DNA of 64,000 nucleotides, from the NCBI GenBank assembly GCA_963708075.1, contig OY970194.1, forward strand, positions 6,368,001 through 6,432,000, given 5' to 3'. The notes beneath the pieces were generated by a model, which did not search any database, had not been told where the DNA came from, and saw nothing but the letters and a program-made list of their open reading frames with translations. The position numbers and the translations under genes were made by a program. Numbering within the stretch: position 1 is the stretch's first letter; every line of letters starts with the position of its first letter. Shown in pieces: positions 62,711 to 64,000 of this stretch. The stretch is from Sedimentisphaerales bacterium. Its GTDB lineage: Bacteria > Planctomycetota > Phycisphaerae > Sedimentisphaerales > Anaerobacaceae.

Positions 62711-64000
62711 TCACCTGCCGGAGGATAGCTCCTGCCGGCTTACGATGCCGTGCCAGAGATACCGGGTTGGATCGGGCCGAGAGCCCAGATGCAGGGTCAA
62801 TGTGCGGCCTTGCACCGTGGCATCGATGGCCGGGCCTCCGTCCATCCGGAGCGCCACCTGGCCGGGCATCGGCTCGGGTAACTCGACGGCCAGATCACGG
62901 TTTCCCAGTGAATAGATCCAGAGTTCGGACCTCGTGGCGTCGCCTTCGGCCACGAAGCTCACGCCCTCGTCGCCCATGTCCACAGTGCCGACGGATTTCA
63001 GGTTCGCCGCGATGACTCCCGGGGCCGTGGCTCTGAAGCCGTGGGAGGCAAGTTCGTATCCGCCGGAGAGCATCGGATGGCCGTTGAGATTCGCCACGAT
63101 TTCAACCGGCCCGTAAGTAGCCCGCAGGATGCCGTCGTCCTCAAGCGTGGGATTCGCGCCACGATCGTGGACAAAGGCCCGCACCGGCTCGCCCATGAAT
63201 CGCGAGCAGACGGATTTCTGCAATCGATCCAGCCAGAGGAGCCACTGGCGGGAGCTTGCCTGGTCCAGGGATGAAGCCCTGATGCGATAGCTCATATTGT
63301 AGCCCAATCCCAGCGTCCAGGCCAGCACTTCATTATCTGTGACAAACTGTCCGAGATCGTGATGCACCATCGCCGTCTTGTCATGCGCGATGTACTGGGC
63401 GAGCGGGAAGATCTCCCAGGTCTGCGGCGGAAAACGTTCTTTGAGGAACGTGCGCCAGGTCGGAGCGTTCTTCGTCGGGACAATCGACCATGTCATGCCG
63501 CACAGTTGCGACTCGTAATTGACGATGCGATCCCACCCGTTCTCCGTGGAGAGCGGCTTCTTGCGGCTGTCTTCGGCGACCATCGAGACGAGCCCTTCAC
63601 TATAGGCAAACGGCGTGGGAGACGCAGGATTCGTGTCGTACTGCCAGTCCCGGGCGCCGCACTGATCCTGGAACAGCACGTCGATGGGATAATCCTCCGT
63701 GAATTGATGGACAGTCAGGCGGTTGGCGGCCAGCACCGCCGGGTGCCAGTGGCAGACGGTATAGCCGTCGTTGGTGCCGTATCGTTCGTAGGAGAGAGAG
63801 CCGTCCAGACGCCGCAGAAGCGGGGCCTCGCCCTCGCGCACGAACGTCGGCCCCCGGGGATGATCGCACCACCAGGTCGGGTTGGTGTAGGGCATGACCA
63901 GGTGCCCCAGCTCGCGAGATCGTGAGAGCAACGCCTGAATGTCGGCGGGCGTGCCGAAGGCAGAATTCGGAGGCAGATGGTCCGGATACTCTTTGTCGAA
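62711..64000 (-). CDS. Glycoside-hydrolase-like protein (DUF6259-like), 5'-truncated by window edge
   Basis: Frame open to 64000; FDKEYPDHLPP..FG, VMPYTNPTWW, DVLFQDQ, LSTE suggest a TIM-barrel GH-like fold. Confidence 0.55.
   Translation of the reverse strand, partial: FDKEYPDHLPPNSAFGTPADIQALLSRSRELGHLVMPYTNPTWWCDHPRGPTFVREGEAPLLRRLDGSLSYERYGTNDGYTVCHWHPAVLAANRLTVHQFTEDYPIDVLFQDQCGARDWQYDTNPASPTPFAYSEGLVSMVAEDSRKKPLSTENGWDRIVNYESQLCGMTWSIVPTKNAPTWRTFLKERFPPQTWEIFPLAQYIAHDKTAMVHHDLGQFVTDNEVLAWTLGLGYNMSYRIRASSLDQASSRQWLLWLDRLQKSVCSRFMGEPVRAFVHDRGANPTLEDDGILRATYGPVEIVANLNGHPMLSGGYELASHGFRATAPGVIAANLKSVGTVDMGDEGVSFVAEGDATRSELWIYSLGNRDLAVELPEPMPGQVALRMDGGPAIDATVQGRTLTLHLGSRPDPTRYLWHGIVSRQELSSGR

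Overview
GC-rich bacterial chromosomal window. Gene content (H-X9-DG prepilin-like proteins, DUF1080, DUF4838, sulfatase, paired ECF sigma/anti-sigma genes, PEP-CTERM-like protein) suggests Planctomycetota, probably Phycisphaerae; this is an inference. In order it contains: partial aqpZ; an Mrr-like PD-(D/E)XK nuclease; two tandem ECF sigma + 605-aa anti-sigma-like modules followed by an orphan duplicated ABC permease with an ECF-type promoter; carbohydrate/sulfatase genes; ccsA/ccsB, a diheme c-type cytochrome and hemC/cobA-hemD/hemB; a Liv-type ABC transporter with paaK; tRNA-Leu(CAG); a protoglobin; DUF3300/DUF2950; a ~1750-aa secreted protein with nested repeat domains; AlaX; prolyl oligopeptidase; MscS; and four prepilin-like genes, one operon interrupted by a 248-bp MITE. 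Six genes carry single-base frameshifts in two recurring sequence contexts, most likely systematic sequencing errors. No CRISPR array, rRNA, prophage or intact transposase was seen. Family assignments come from motif recognition by eye, not database searches.
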